Below, one piece after another: positions 48,807-57,339 of a stretch of 64,000 nucleotides of DNA. Each line of letters begins with the position of its first letter. Position 1 is the stretch's first letter. This DNA is from Actinomycetota bacterium. GTDB lineage: Bacteria > Actinomycetota > Actinomycetes > S36-B12. The stretch covers positions 38 through 64,037 of the forward strand of contig VGBL01000006.1 of assembly GCA_016870515.1 (NCBI GenBank), given 5' to 3'. Below the pieces are notes generated by a model. It was given only the letters and a program-made list of their open reading frames with translations. It made no database searches and was not told the origin of the DNA. The translations under genes and the position numbers were made by a program.

Positions 48807-49885
48807 GCGACTCCGGTCACGACGACAGCGCTGCCCTCGGGCTCGACGATCAGGTCGGCCTCACCCGGTGCCGCGACAGCGGCCTCCCCCTCGGTGAGCG
48901 ACACGTCGCTGGGGCCCGCACCTGTCACGCGTGTCTGCCGGTGCAGGCTCATGACAACGCGATGGGTGCCCGTCGGGACGCGCACGGGCTGATCGGCGAT
49001 GACGAGATCGAAGGGCATGCCCGGCGGATCGAGGACCTCGCCGACGAAACCACCCAGCGGCATCGGATGGCGATCCGCTCGCACGGCGGCCAGCGCCTCG
49101 TCGACCGCCACCGGCTTGGGGGTGAGACCTAGGCGCAGGACGTTGTCGGATGACGTCATCACCTCGATCGCGAGACCCACCACGTAGGAGTGGATGACGC
49201 CGGCCGGCACCGCGACGCCCTCGCCGGGGGCCAGCGTCGCGTGATCGAGGAGGACGGCGAGGAGTACCCCCGGGTCGGCGGGATGAGTCGCGGCCACGCG
49301 CGCCAGGGACGACACGGCCGACGACGACCAACCGCCCGCCGTAGCGGCTGCCACGAGCTGCGGCTCGATGCGCGCGCACTCCGCGCGGTCGAGATCGAGC
49401 ACCGCACGCACGGCATCGCGTCGGTCAGCGGTGGCGACGGTCCGGACCAGCGACTCGGGTGCGCCGGCCCTGGCGAAGACGTCAGCCGCCTCCTCGGGAT
49501 CGCGCCACCCAGCGTGCACATCGAATGCCGTCAGCGCGACGAGCATCTCGCGCTTCTCGGCATCGTCGGAGTAGAGCCAGGTCTCCCTCGGCTGGTCGGC
49601 CTGCCGCAACCACCCGGCCCCTGCCGTCTCGGCATCGGGATGCACCTGCAGGGACAGCGGCGTGGAAGCGGCGAGGATCTTGACCAGCGGCATGCCGGCA
49701 TGCTCCGGTAGGTCGGCGAGGGTACGACCGGTGTCGGGACCATGGACGACCGGAGAGGGCCCGGCCGGATGCGCGCCGAACCACAGCTCTGCCTGCGGCC
49801 CACCGGTCGATGCACCGGTCCACCGAGAGAGACCATCGACGGCCCCCCAGGCGTAGTCCTTGAGTACTCCCCGGACGACGTGCAC
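48803..49885 (-). CDS. manA: Mannose-6-phosphate isomerase, class I
   Basis: VLKDYAWG and LSLQVHPD are present. GTG 49885 lies 4 nt after the trm112 stop, whereas the ORF start 49918 would overlap trm112. Confidence 0.85.
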   Translation of the reverse strand: MHVVRGVLKDYAWGAVDGLSRWTGASTGGPQAELWFGAHPAGPSPVVHGPDTGRTLADLPEHAGMPLVKILAASTPLSLQVHPDAETAGAGWLRQADQPRETWLYSDDAEKREMLVALTAFDVHAGWRDPEEAADVFARAGAPESLVRTVATADRRDAVRAVLDLDRAECARIEPQLVAAATAGGWSSSAVSSLARVAATHPADPGVLLAVLLDHATLAPGEGVAVPAGVIHSYVVGLAIEVMTSSDNVLRLGLTPKPVAVDEALAAVRADRHPMPLGGFVGEVLDPPGMPFDLVIADQPVRVPTGTHRVVMSLHRQTRVTGAGPSDVSLTEGEAAVAAPGEADLIVEPEGSAVVVTGVA

Positions 49886-49889
49886 GCCG

Positions 49890-50081
49890 CTAGCCGCGAT
49901 CTGGCGGGAGCGCCTCATCGAGGAGCATCACGGGTATGCCGTCGCGCACCTTGAACCCACGGCCGCAGACGGTGCACACGAGCAGGCCGCGCTCACGGTC
50001 GGGGCGTACGGGCGCGTGATCATCCGACGGGCACGCGAGGATCTCCAGGAGCACCGGATCGAGTCCGAGGGTGTTGCTCAT
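49890..50081 (-). CDS. Trm112 family small zinc-finger-like protein
   Basis: 63 aa. LLEILACP...LVCTVCGRGFKVRDGIPVML is present. Confidence 0.75.
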   Translation of the reverse strand: MSNTLGLDPVLLEILACPSDDHAPVRPDRERGLLVCTVCGRGFKVRDGIPVMLLDEALPPDRG

Positions 50082-51505
50082 GCGTTCGCCTCCCTGACCA
50101 GCGCGAGAACGTCGTCGCGAATCCCCGCCATCATCTCAGCATCCCGCGCCTCGACGTTGAGCCGCAGGAGGGGCTCAGTATTGCTGGGACGCAGGTTGAA
50201 CCACCACTCGGGCGCCGCCACGGTAAGGCCGTCGAGCCAGTCCTGGGTGACCCCCGGGCGGTCCGCGAACTCCGCTGCCACTCGCTGCGTCGCTTGGGCG
50301 GGATCGCTGACCTCGGAGTTGATCTCGCCGCTGACGACATAGCGGTCGTAGGGCGCGAGCATGCCCGAGAGGGTCGTGCCCTCGGGGGTCTCGCCAAGTG
50401 CGGCGAGCACGTGCATGGCCGCGAGCATTCCGGAGTCGGCTCGCCAGAAGTCGGCGAAGTAGAAGTGACCGGAGTGCTCGCCGCCGAAGACGGCGCCGGT
50501 CTCGACCATCCGTTCCTTGATGAAGGAGTGGCCGACCCGTGTGCGCTCCGGCGTGCCGCCTCCTTCGAGGATGACCTCCGGCACGGTCCGCGACGAGATG
50601 CAGTTGTAGATGATGGTGGCGCCCGGATGCTTGGCAAGCTCGCGTTGGGCTATCAGAGCCGTGATCGCCGACGGCGTGACCGCACGTCCGGTCTCGTCGA
50701 CGACGAAGCAGCGATCGGCGTCTCCGTCGAAGGCAAGCCCCAGATCAGCACCATGGTCGAGCGCCGCGCGTTGCAGGTCACGTAGGTTGCTCGGCTCGAT
50801 GGGGTTGGCCTCGTGATTGGGGAATGTGCCATCGAGTTCGAAGAACAGCGGAATGACCTCGAGAGGCAGGGCCGGCAGACCGGCAGCCGTGCCGAGGACC
50901 GCGGGCACCGTGAGCCCTGACATGCCATTGCCTGCATCGACGACGACGCGCAGCGGCCGCGACGGTCGAAGATCCACGAGGCCGCGAAGGTGCTGGGCGT
51001 AGCGCGGCAGCATGTCGAGCGCGCTCACCGCGCCCGGCGCCCCATCGAATGCGGGCACACCTGTCTCGACCATCCGGCGAATCTCGCGGAGCCCGGTGTC
51101 CTGGCCGACGGGCGCGGCTCCCGCACGGCACAGCTTTATCCCGTTGTAGTGGGCCGGGTTGTGGCTGGCGGTGAACATCGCGCCGGGAAGGCCGAGGATC
51201 CCGGAGGCGAAGTAGAGGCCATCGGTGCTGGCCAGGCCGATCCGGATAATGTCGCACCCTTGGGACGTCACTCCGGCGGCGAATGCGTCGACGAGGTCAT
51301 CGCCGCTGGGTCGCATGTCCTGGCCCACCACGACCGCCCCGGGCCCACCGTCCCGACTGCGCGCCGAGAGGACCTCGACGAAGGCGGCGCCCACATCGCG
51401 CGCCAGGTCGGCGTCGAACTGATCGGGAACAACGCCCCGGACGTCATAGGCCTTGATGACAGCGTCAAGGACGCGCGGATCGCGCCCCGGGGAGCCGTGG
51501 CCCAT
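50078..51505 (-). CDS. manB: Phosphomannomutase / phosphoglucomutase
   Basis: IKAYDVRG, TASHNPAHYNGIK (active-site Ser), FDGDADR and GGEHSGH are present. ATG 51505 is preferred. Confidence 0.92.
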   Translation of the reverse strand: MGHGSPGRDPRVLDAVIKAYDVRGVVPDQFDADLARDVGAAFVEVLSARSRDGGPGAVVVGQDMRPSGDDLVDAFAAGVTSQGCDIIRIGLASTDGLYFASGILGLPGAMFTASHNPAHYNGIKLCRAGAAPVGQDTGLREIRRMVETGVPAFDGAPGAVSALDMLPRYAQHLRGLVDLRPSRPLRVVVDAGNGMSGLTVPAVLGTAAGLPALPLEVIPLFFELDGTFPNHEANPIEPSNLRDLQRAALDHGADLGLAFDGDADRCFVVDETGRAVTPSAITALIAQRELAKHPGATIIYNCISSRTVPEVILEGGGTPERTRVGHSFIKERMVETGAVFGGEHSGHFYFADFWRADSGMLAAMHVLAALGETPEGTTLSGMLAPYDRYVVSGEINSEVSDPAQATQRVAAEFADRPGVTQDWLDGLTVAAPEWWFNLRPSNTEPLLRLNVEARDAEMMAGIRDDVLALVREANA

Positions 51506-51516
51506 GGCCACGCGGA

Positions 51517-51915
51517 TCAGCCTTCGATGTCGTGCGCTGCACGACCGGGGAGGGCCCACAGGTGACCGCGTCGAATGCCTTCCGCGCCTACCGCGCCTGG
51601 CAGGCGGTCGTCTTCGTCATCGAACAGCGTGTCGGCACCGCTCGCCTGTGCCGCCTCGCGGACGGCATTAGCGAGCGCCACGAGATCGTCACCTGACGGG
51701 CCTGCAGGCAGAGCATCGGGCTCGATGCGCACGACCTCCCAACCACGCGGCGCCGAGAGGCGATCGCCGTGAACCTGGCACATGTCGTAGGCATGCGGCT
51801 CGGGAGTGGACGAGAGCGGACCGAGGACGGCGACGGAGTCGGCGTACACGTAGGTCAGTGTAGAGACGGCCTGGCGTCCGCACGAGGGGCGGGAACAGCG
51901 ACGTCGGTATCCCAC
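51517..51915 (-). CDS. DUF3499 domain-containing protein
   Basis: 132 aa. RRCSRPSCGRQAVSTLTYVY...DMCQVHGDRLSAPRGWEVVR is present. It holds the Rv3258c-like position upstream of manB. The start is GTG. Confidence 0.8.
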   Translation of the reverse strand: MGYRRRCSRPSCGRQAVSTLTYVYADSVAVLGPLSSTPEPHAYDMCQVHGDRLSAPRGWEVVRIEPDALPAGPSGDDLVALANAVREAAQASGADTLFDDEDDRLPGAVGAEGIRRGHLWALPGRAAHDIEG

Positions 51916-51981
51916 GCCTCGCGACGCTACCGCGCGGACCGGTCAATGACGGGCAGGCACGCCGCGCCGCGCCGTCGAGGT

Positions 51982-53676
51982 CTAGCGAGGTAGGAGATCG
52001 GCGGCATCCTGGTAGGCGCGCGGCACCGGCACCGTCGTTCGGAGCGGGCGCCACGGATAGCCCGTGATGAGAGAACCGTCGGGGTTGCGCCTCACGGCCC
52101 GATGGGCCACCACGACCGCACCGTCGGTCGGCCGCACCACGGCTGTGAACCACGACGCGCCGCGAGGACGCGGGATCTGCACGGCGACCAGCCGATCGCG
52201 CGAGACGGTGACGACTATTGGCTCCGGCGGGGCAATCACCGCGTCGGGGGCGAAGGGCAGGATGGTGATCGTTGCCGTCACGGGTGTGTCGTCGACGACT
52301 ACGGATGTGTCGTCGCCCATCGGCATCGCCTCGCTGTGCGACTTGATCTCCTGCAGTGCGCCAGGTGCCGTGATCCACAGGGTCACCGACGTGATCTTCT
52401 CCGCTGGCAGACCAGCGGCCGCCGCGACGTCGCTGATGCCCACTGCTCCTGCGGTGAACGATGTCTCCTCGAGGAATCCCTGACGCGCATCGATGCCGGG
52501 GTGACGCTGCCGGATGCCCGCGACGATCGGAACATCGGACACGAGGTCGACGGTCGCGGCCTGACCCTCGAGGGCACCGTCTAGGTCGACGGCGGTGACG
52601 GTGCCGGCGGGCACATCGACCTCCGAGAGCGCAGCCGGGACATAGGCACCCCCCTCGGTGATGAGGCGCACCTTGACGGTGGCGTCGATGTCTCCCGGCG
52701 CGTGGACCAGCAGCTGCCGGCCGCCCTCGCCGGGGATGACGCCGGGGATGAGGACACGGGACGCCGGGTCCGACGACGGCGGAATCCAGTCGGCACCCCT
52801 CGGCACGAACCCCTGGATCTCGATGTCGGAGACGGCGGCCACGACTCGCCCGGACCGCGCGACGACGTGCCACGCCACCGCGGGAAGTCGCGGAGCGATG
52901 CGGGTCAGCGACACCACCATGCGCCCGCGGGGCTTCACGACTACGCCGCGCAGGCTCGGCGTGCTGATCTCGCCCTCGGGTCCGCTCAGCACGACGTCGA
53001 CCTCGGCCGGACTGGTCTCAGGATTGACCAGGAGCAGGCGGGTGTCTCGCCCGGCAACGGAACCGCCGCCCACGAACCACCACGAGGTGTCAGGGCCCAG
53101 GCACGCCGTGCTGGCGAGTCCACGGCGCTCATTGAACGAATCCTGCGTGACCTGCGCGGCAACCAGGCCCGGGCCCAAGGACCCCGTCGTACGAATGTCG
53201 AGGGGCGGTAGCCGGCGCGACTCGGCCACGACCTCGGCCGAGTCACCGGGGTCGGCCAGGGCCTCTCCGGGATCCTCGACGTCGGGAGCCTGCGGATCAG
53301 CGAGGTCGGGATCGTCCGAGCCGCGCAGGTAGGTGATCGATGCGGCACCCTCACGGTCTTGGCCGGGAAGATCCGGCACCACCGTCACCGCCGACGTGGT
53401 GCGCGCTCCATCAATCGAACCGGGCTCCGGGCATACGGCCGTGGAGGAGTTCACGGGTTCGGTCACGACGACCTCCCCGCCGGACGGCGACGCCTTGGGC
53501 ACCAGGAGGCCGATCAGGACGATGAGAACGAGCGACCCGAGCAACACGGCAGCGGCGCGCGGGCCCCGCGGATCCGGCGGCATCGCCTGCGCGTCGGACC
53601 TGGGACGACGGCGCCTGCGCCGGCGCGCTTGGGATGTCGCGCCGTCGGTGAGATCGGGCATCAGCGGCTCAGTCAT
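51982..53676 (-). CDS. Large membrane-anchored extracytoplasmic protein, DUF5719-like
   Basis: 564 aa. An Arg-rich N-terminus is followed by one TM (AAVLLGSLVLIVLIGLLV) and a long beta-rich domain. The start overlaps the GT2 stop by 8 nt. The family call is from memory of the conserved GT2-DUF5719 pairing. Confidence 0.55.
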   Translation of the reverse strand: MTEPLMPDLTDGATSQARRRRRRRPRSDAQAMPPDPRGPRAAAVLLGSLVLIVLIGLLVPKASPSGGEVVVTEPVNSSTAVCPEPGSIDGARTTSAVTVVPDLPGQDREGAASITYLRGSDDPDLADPQAPDVEDPGEALADPGDSAEVVAESRRLPPLDIRTTGSLGPGLVAAQVTQDSFNERRGLASTACLGPDTSWWFVGGGSVAGRDTRLLLVNPETSPAEVDVVLSGPEGEISTPSLRGVVVKPRGRMVVSLTRIAPRLPAVAWHVVARSGRVVAAVSDIEIQGFVPRGADWIPPSSDPASRVLIPGVIPGEGGRQLLVHAPGDIDATVKVRLITEGGAYVPAALSEVDVPAGTVTAVDLDGALEGQAATVDLVSDVPIVAGIRQRHPGIDARQGFLEETSFTAGAVGISDVAAAAGLPAEKITSVTLWITAPGALQEIKSHSEAMPMGDDTSVVVDDTPVTATITILPFAPDAVIAPPEPIVVTVSRDRLVAVQIPRPRGASWFTAVVRPTDGAVVVAHRAVRRNPDGSLITGYPWRPLRTTVPVPRAYQDAADLLPR

Positions 53677-56600
53677 GGCGCTCTCCTACCAGGGCGTCAG
53701 GCTCGACCGCGTCGGCGTCTTCATCGGCCGGGGCGTCATCGTCGTCTGCTCGACGTCGGCCCGGAAGCGCAAGCACGATCACCACGATGAGCGCGATCGC
53801 CTGCAGCCAAAGCCAGCGCACGCGCGACGAGCTGTCCACGTCGACGAGGAGTGCCTCGCCAGCGCTCGCTGTCGCCGGGATCACGAAGCGCTGAAGGGAC
53901 TGCTCGCCGTCGTCTTCGACGGCCAGCGGCACACCCCCAAGCGTGGCACGCCACGCGGGATCGGTCGACTGGGCCAGAAGCAGGCGTGCGGGCCCCGGCG
54001 CGGCGAGATCGGTCGAGACGAGTGGCTGAGCCGAGCTGATGTCGGTGACGGCAACCGGCGAGTCGGCGCCGTCGCCCGTGTCTACCTGCACGCGCGCGGT
54101 GTCGCCCTCGACCTTCCAAAGCACCTCACCCTCCTGCCCGGCGATCCGCCGCAGGCCCGGGGCAGCGTCGAGCGTGCGCACGAGCCGGGCGGCTGCCGCA
54201 TCGCCCGCCGCGCCATCGAAGACGACGTAGCGCACCGCATAATCCGCGAGCCCGGTCACCTCGTCGCCGCCACGCCCCGAGACGAGCCCGGCGACGAGCG
54301 CATCGAGCGGCTGCCAGGCCTCGGTACCCGGGAGCACCTCGGCGTCGCCGAGCTGAGGCCCGGCGCCATTGATCAGCGCGTAGGTGACGTCGCCTTCCTG
54401 CTGCAGCACCAAGGTGCGCGGCGCCTGCGGGCCGACGGCCTCCGCCACGACGAAGGGCGGGAGCACGCTTGGATCCCCGCGACGCAGTGGATTGCCCGCG
54501 CCGGGCAGCCACAGCATGCCGGCTGCGATCGGGGTGAGGACGGCGAGGGCGATGGCGATGAGCGCGACGGGTTGACGCCATCCGAACGCCTCGGACGAGA
54601 CAGTCTGGCGAAGACCATCGCCCGCTACCGCAGCGGCCAAGATGAGCGCCCCGCCGTAGACCGCCACGGCCATGCCCGGCCAGACAGGCTGCGGCTGCGC
54701 GACACCCGGCAGCGTGGTCGAGAAGCGCGTGGCGGCGACGGCGAGGAGGAGTGCCACGAGGCCGGTCGCCCAGGCGGCGAGCACGAGTGGACGGCGCGCC
54801 TCGCGCAGCGGCGCGGCCAGTGCCGCTGCGACGATGCCCACCGTGACCCACAGCGGAACCATTCCAGGGCCGCCCGGATGGAGCAGCGCGAGCCCATAGG
54901 ACGTCGATCCCGGATCGGTGAGGGCCGGATCGGGCAGGCCGACCTCGCCGAGGAACAAGGTCGGACGTGCGAGGAGATACCTGGACCAGGGCAGCAGGGT
55001 CACGATCGGAACGGCCAGCACGACCAGGGCCCGCAGACCGATCAAGCCCGCCGGGGGTGGCTCCGCCAACCCGCCGGGCCACCTCGCCGATCCGCCAATC
55101 GGTCGGTCGCTGTCGTGCTCGCCGCGACCGCGCCGCACGGCCAGGATGAGAGCGGCGATGCAACCCAGGAGCGCGAGCAGCCACGCGAATGGCGCGCACG
55201 CCATGACGATCGCCAGCAGCAGTCCGGCGCCCCACGCCGTGCGACCACTCGGGGCCGGCAGCGTCGTGCCGGCCAGGCCGACCGCCCGCACGATGGCGCG
55301 TACGGCCGGTGGCAGCAGGACGATCGCGATGACCATGCCGATGCGACCTGCGGCGATGGATCCGAAGAGCACCGGCAGCAGCGCGTAGGTCAGGGCCGCC
55401 CACCCGCGCACGCCCGCGCTCTGGCAGACACCGGACAGGCTTCGCCATGCGGTCAGCCCCGACAGCGGAACCGCCAGGAAGAAGACCATGCCTACGGCGA
55501 CGCCGGCCTTGCCCAGCATTACTGTCGACAGGAGGGCAAGAAGTGCGGTCAGCGGCGAGGCGGGCACCGATGACCCGGGCCCTACGTCATGCCAGGCCTC
55601 GAGGTAGGCGGCCCACAGGTCGCTCGCACCGGTGGGCGCGGGCAGGAGGGCGCCGCCGAAGAGCACGCCATCGCCCCACCACAGGGCGCGCCCGGCGATG
55701 AGCGCGAGCAGTGCCAGGACGAGGGTGATGAGCACCGACGGACGCCCCAGGACGCGGCGCAGGAATCCTCCTGCGGGGTCGTCGAAGAGATCGGCGTCAT
55801 CGGACACCGGGCCGCTCTCGAGCGCTCCTCCCCCGGGACCCGAGGCACTGCGCCCGGAGATGACCATGCCCCCGAGGGCTTCGAGCGCGGCCCGGGCCTG
55901 GCCGAGCGACGTGGGACGAAACTCCCCGACCGCCGCACGCGAGCTCATCGTGGAGGTCGCGCGGACTCGTCGACGCGAAGTGGCGAGGCGACCGGGGTGG
56001 GCGATGAGGCTGCCGAGTGCCGCTACGTCATCGCCCGCGCGGCGCAGGTCCTTGCCCAGCACAAAGAGCAGTGAGCGGACGAGCGACCCGACAGCGAGCC
56101 GAAGGGCCGTGAACGGCAGTCGCCACGCCGGCACCTGGGCGAGTAGTGCATGCATGGCCGCACGGCGATCGAGCTGATAGCCCCCGACGGAGGAGGCCGT
56201 CTCGTCGCGGCGGCCGTGATAGGAGGCCTCGCGATGGTGGACGACGGCGGTGGGAACGACGCGCACCTCGTGGCCAGCGCGCCAGGCGCGCCAGCACAGG
56301 TCGAGGTCGTCGCGATAGAGAGGAAGGGCCGGGTCGAATCCGCCGAGGTCCTCCCAGACGTCGCGCCTTACGAGCATCCCGGCCGTGCCGACGGCGTGGA
56401 CGGCGCTGCGATCGTCCTGCTGGCCCTGATCGTGCTCGCGCCGCTCGAGCCCGGTGACTCGTCGACCGGACCCGGAGATCGTGAAGCCCACTTCGAGCAG
56501 GAGCCGGCGATCGTGCCAGCCGAGGGCCTTGGGGCCCAGCACGGCGGCCCGGGGGTGGCTATCGGCGGCTTCGAGCAGTTGCTGCAGGCAGTCCGGGACC

Positions 56601-56902
56601 GGGGCCGAGTCGTCGTGGAGGAGCCAGATCCACTCCACCGCCTCGACGTCGAACATCTCGTCGGAATCCGAGCGCAGGACCCCGGAGGCCAGGCCCGCCT
56701 GGACCGCCTCGCCGAAGCCCGGCGGTCGCTCGCCGGCGGCAAGGTGCACGACACGATCGGCGCCGAGGGACTCGGTCAGCATGGTCGCGGAGGAATCCGT
56801 GGAGCCCACGTCGACACCGACCACAGCGTCGGGATGCCGGATCTGCCCGCCGAGGACAGTGAGCACGGCGGGCAGCCAGACCGCACCGTCTCGGGCTACC
56901 AC
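53669..56902 (-). CDS. Giant glycosyltransferase family 2 protein fused to a polytopic membrane domain
   Basis: 1077 aa. The N-terminal GT2 fold carries VGVDVGSTDSS, WIWLLHDDSAP and DDLDLCWRAWRAGHEV. About 750 aa with many TM helices and a terminal TM anchor follow. The true start may lie upstream of GTG 56902 (see findings). Confidence 0.8.
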   Translation of the reverse strand: MVARDGAVWLPAVLTVLGGQIRHPDAVVGVDVGSTDSSATMLTESLGADRVVHLAAGERPPGFGEAVQAGLASGVLRSDSDEMFDVEAVEWIWLLHDDSAPVPDCLQQLLEAADSHPRAAVLGPKALGWHDRRLLLEVGFTISGSGRRVTGLERREHDQGQQDDRSAVHAVGTAGMLVRRDVWEDLGGFDPALPLYRDDLDLCWRAWRAGHEVRVVPTAVVHHREASYHGRRDETASSVGGYQLDRRAAMHALLAQVPAWRLPFTALRLAVGSLVRSLLFVLGKDLRRAGDDVAALGSLIAHPGRLATSRRRVRATSTMSSRAAVGEFRPTSLGQARAALEALGGMVISGRSASGPGGGALESGPVSDDADLFDDPAGGFLRRVLGRPSVLITLVLALLALIAGRALWWGDGVLFGGALLPAPTGASDLWAAYLEAWHDVGPGSSVPASPLTALLALLSTVMLGKAGVAVGMVFFLAVPLSGLTAWRSLSGVCQSAGVRGWAALTYALLPVLFGSIAAGRIGMVIAIVLLPPAVRAIVRAVGLAGTTLPAPSGRTAWGAGLLLAIVMACAPFAWLLALLGCIAALILAVRRGRGEHDSDRPIGGSARWPGGLAEPPPAGLIGLRALVVLAVPIVTLLPWSRYLLARPTLFLGEVGLPDPALTDPGSTSYGLALLHPGGPGMVPLWVTVGIVAAALAAPLREARRPLVLAAWATGLVALLLAVAATRFSTTLPGVAQPQPVWPGMAVAVYGGALILAAAVAGDGLRQTVSSEAFGWRQPVALIAIALAVLTPIAAGMLWLPGAGNPLRRGDPSVLPPFVVAEAVGPQAPRTLVLQQEGDVTYALINGAGPQLGDAEVLPGTEAWQPLDALVAGLVSGRGGDEVTGLADYAVRYVVFDGAAGDAAAARLVRTLDAAPGLRRIAGQEGEVLWKVEGDTARVQVDTGDGADSPVAVTDISSAQPLVSTDLAAPGPARLLLAQSTDPAWRATLGGVPLAVEDDGEQSLQRFVIPATASAGEALLVDVDSSSRVRWLWLQAIALIVVIVLALPGRRRADDDDAPADEDADAVEPDALVGERHD

Positions 56903-56946
56903 GACCGCCGTGACGCGATGGCGCCCCGAGGTGCGGGGATCTGACG

Positions 56947-57204
56947 TCAGACCGCCTGCTTCTTCAGGCGACGGCGTTCGCGTTCGGACAGTCCGCCCCA
57001 GATGCCGAAGCGCTCATCGTGCTCGAGTGCGTATTCGAGGCACTCGCCGCGCACGTCGCAGGACAGGCATACGCGCTTGGCATCGCGCGTGCTGCCACCC
57101 TTCTCAGGGAAGAAGGCCTCGGGGTCGGTCTGCGCGCAGAGGGCTCGCTCCTGCCACTCGAGCCCCCCGCCGGTGGTCAGCGGCAGCAGCACGGGATCTT
57201 CCAC
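56947..57204 (-). CDS. whiB: WhiB family transcriptional regulator (WhiB2/WhmD-like)
   Basis: 85 aa with four Cys (C-x22-C-x2-C-x5-C) and GIWGGLSERERRRL. The GTG start follows GGGAGGAGGAAC. Confidence 0.93.
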   Translation of the reverse strand: MEDPVLLPLTTGGGLEWQERALCAQTDPEAFFPEKGGSTRDAKRVCLSCDVRGECLEYALEHDERFGIWGGLSERERRRLKKQAV

Positions 57205-57276
57205 TGCCGTTCCTCCTCCCTTGTGGCCCGCACCGAGAAGGGGACCCGGCGGGGCGGGCCGCCCGGAGGCGCCCGA

Positions 57277-57320
57277 AATAACACCGCTGTTATTACATAG
57301 GTCGAAGGGCCGCCCGTCAA
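57277..57320 (-). promoter_or_regulatory. Candidate whiB promoter with overlapping palindromic operator
   Basis: On the minus strand: TTGACG (57320-57315), a 17-nt spacer, then TGTAAT (57297-57292). The palindrome AATAACA-ccgc-TGTTATT (57277-57294) covers the -10 and the predicted start site. Confidence 0.45.
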
Positions 57321-57339
57321 GCCTGTGGGGGAGGTTTAC

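Noticed and set aside
53333-55573. 746-aa ORF on the plus strand
   Set aside because: It is antisense to the GT2 and DUF5719-like genes. It is extremely Arg/Gly/Asp/Glu-rich low complexity with no motifs.
56941-56950. CTGACGTCAG perfect palindrome at the whiB stop as a regulatory site
   Set aside because: It is only 10 bp and lies within coding sequence, so chance occurrence is plausible. I kept it only as context for the GT2 start question.
57277-57294. BldD box at the whiB promoter
   Set aside because: The palindrome contains TAAC...GTTA but with a 6-nt spacer rather than the TNAC-N5-GTNA I recall. The presence of BldD in this organism is also unknown.
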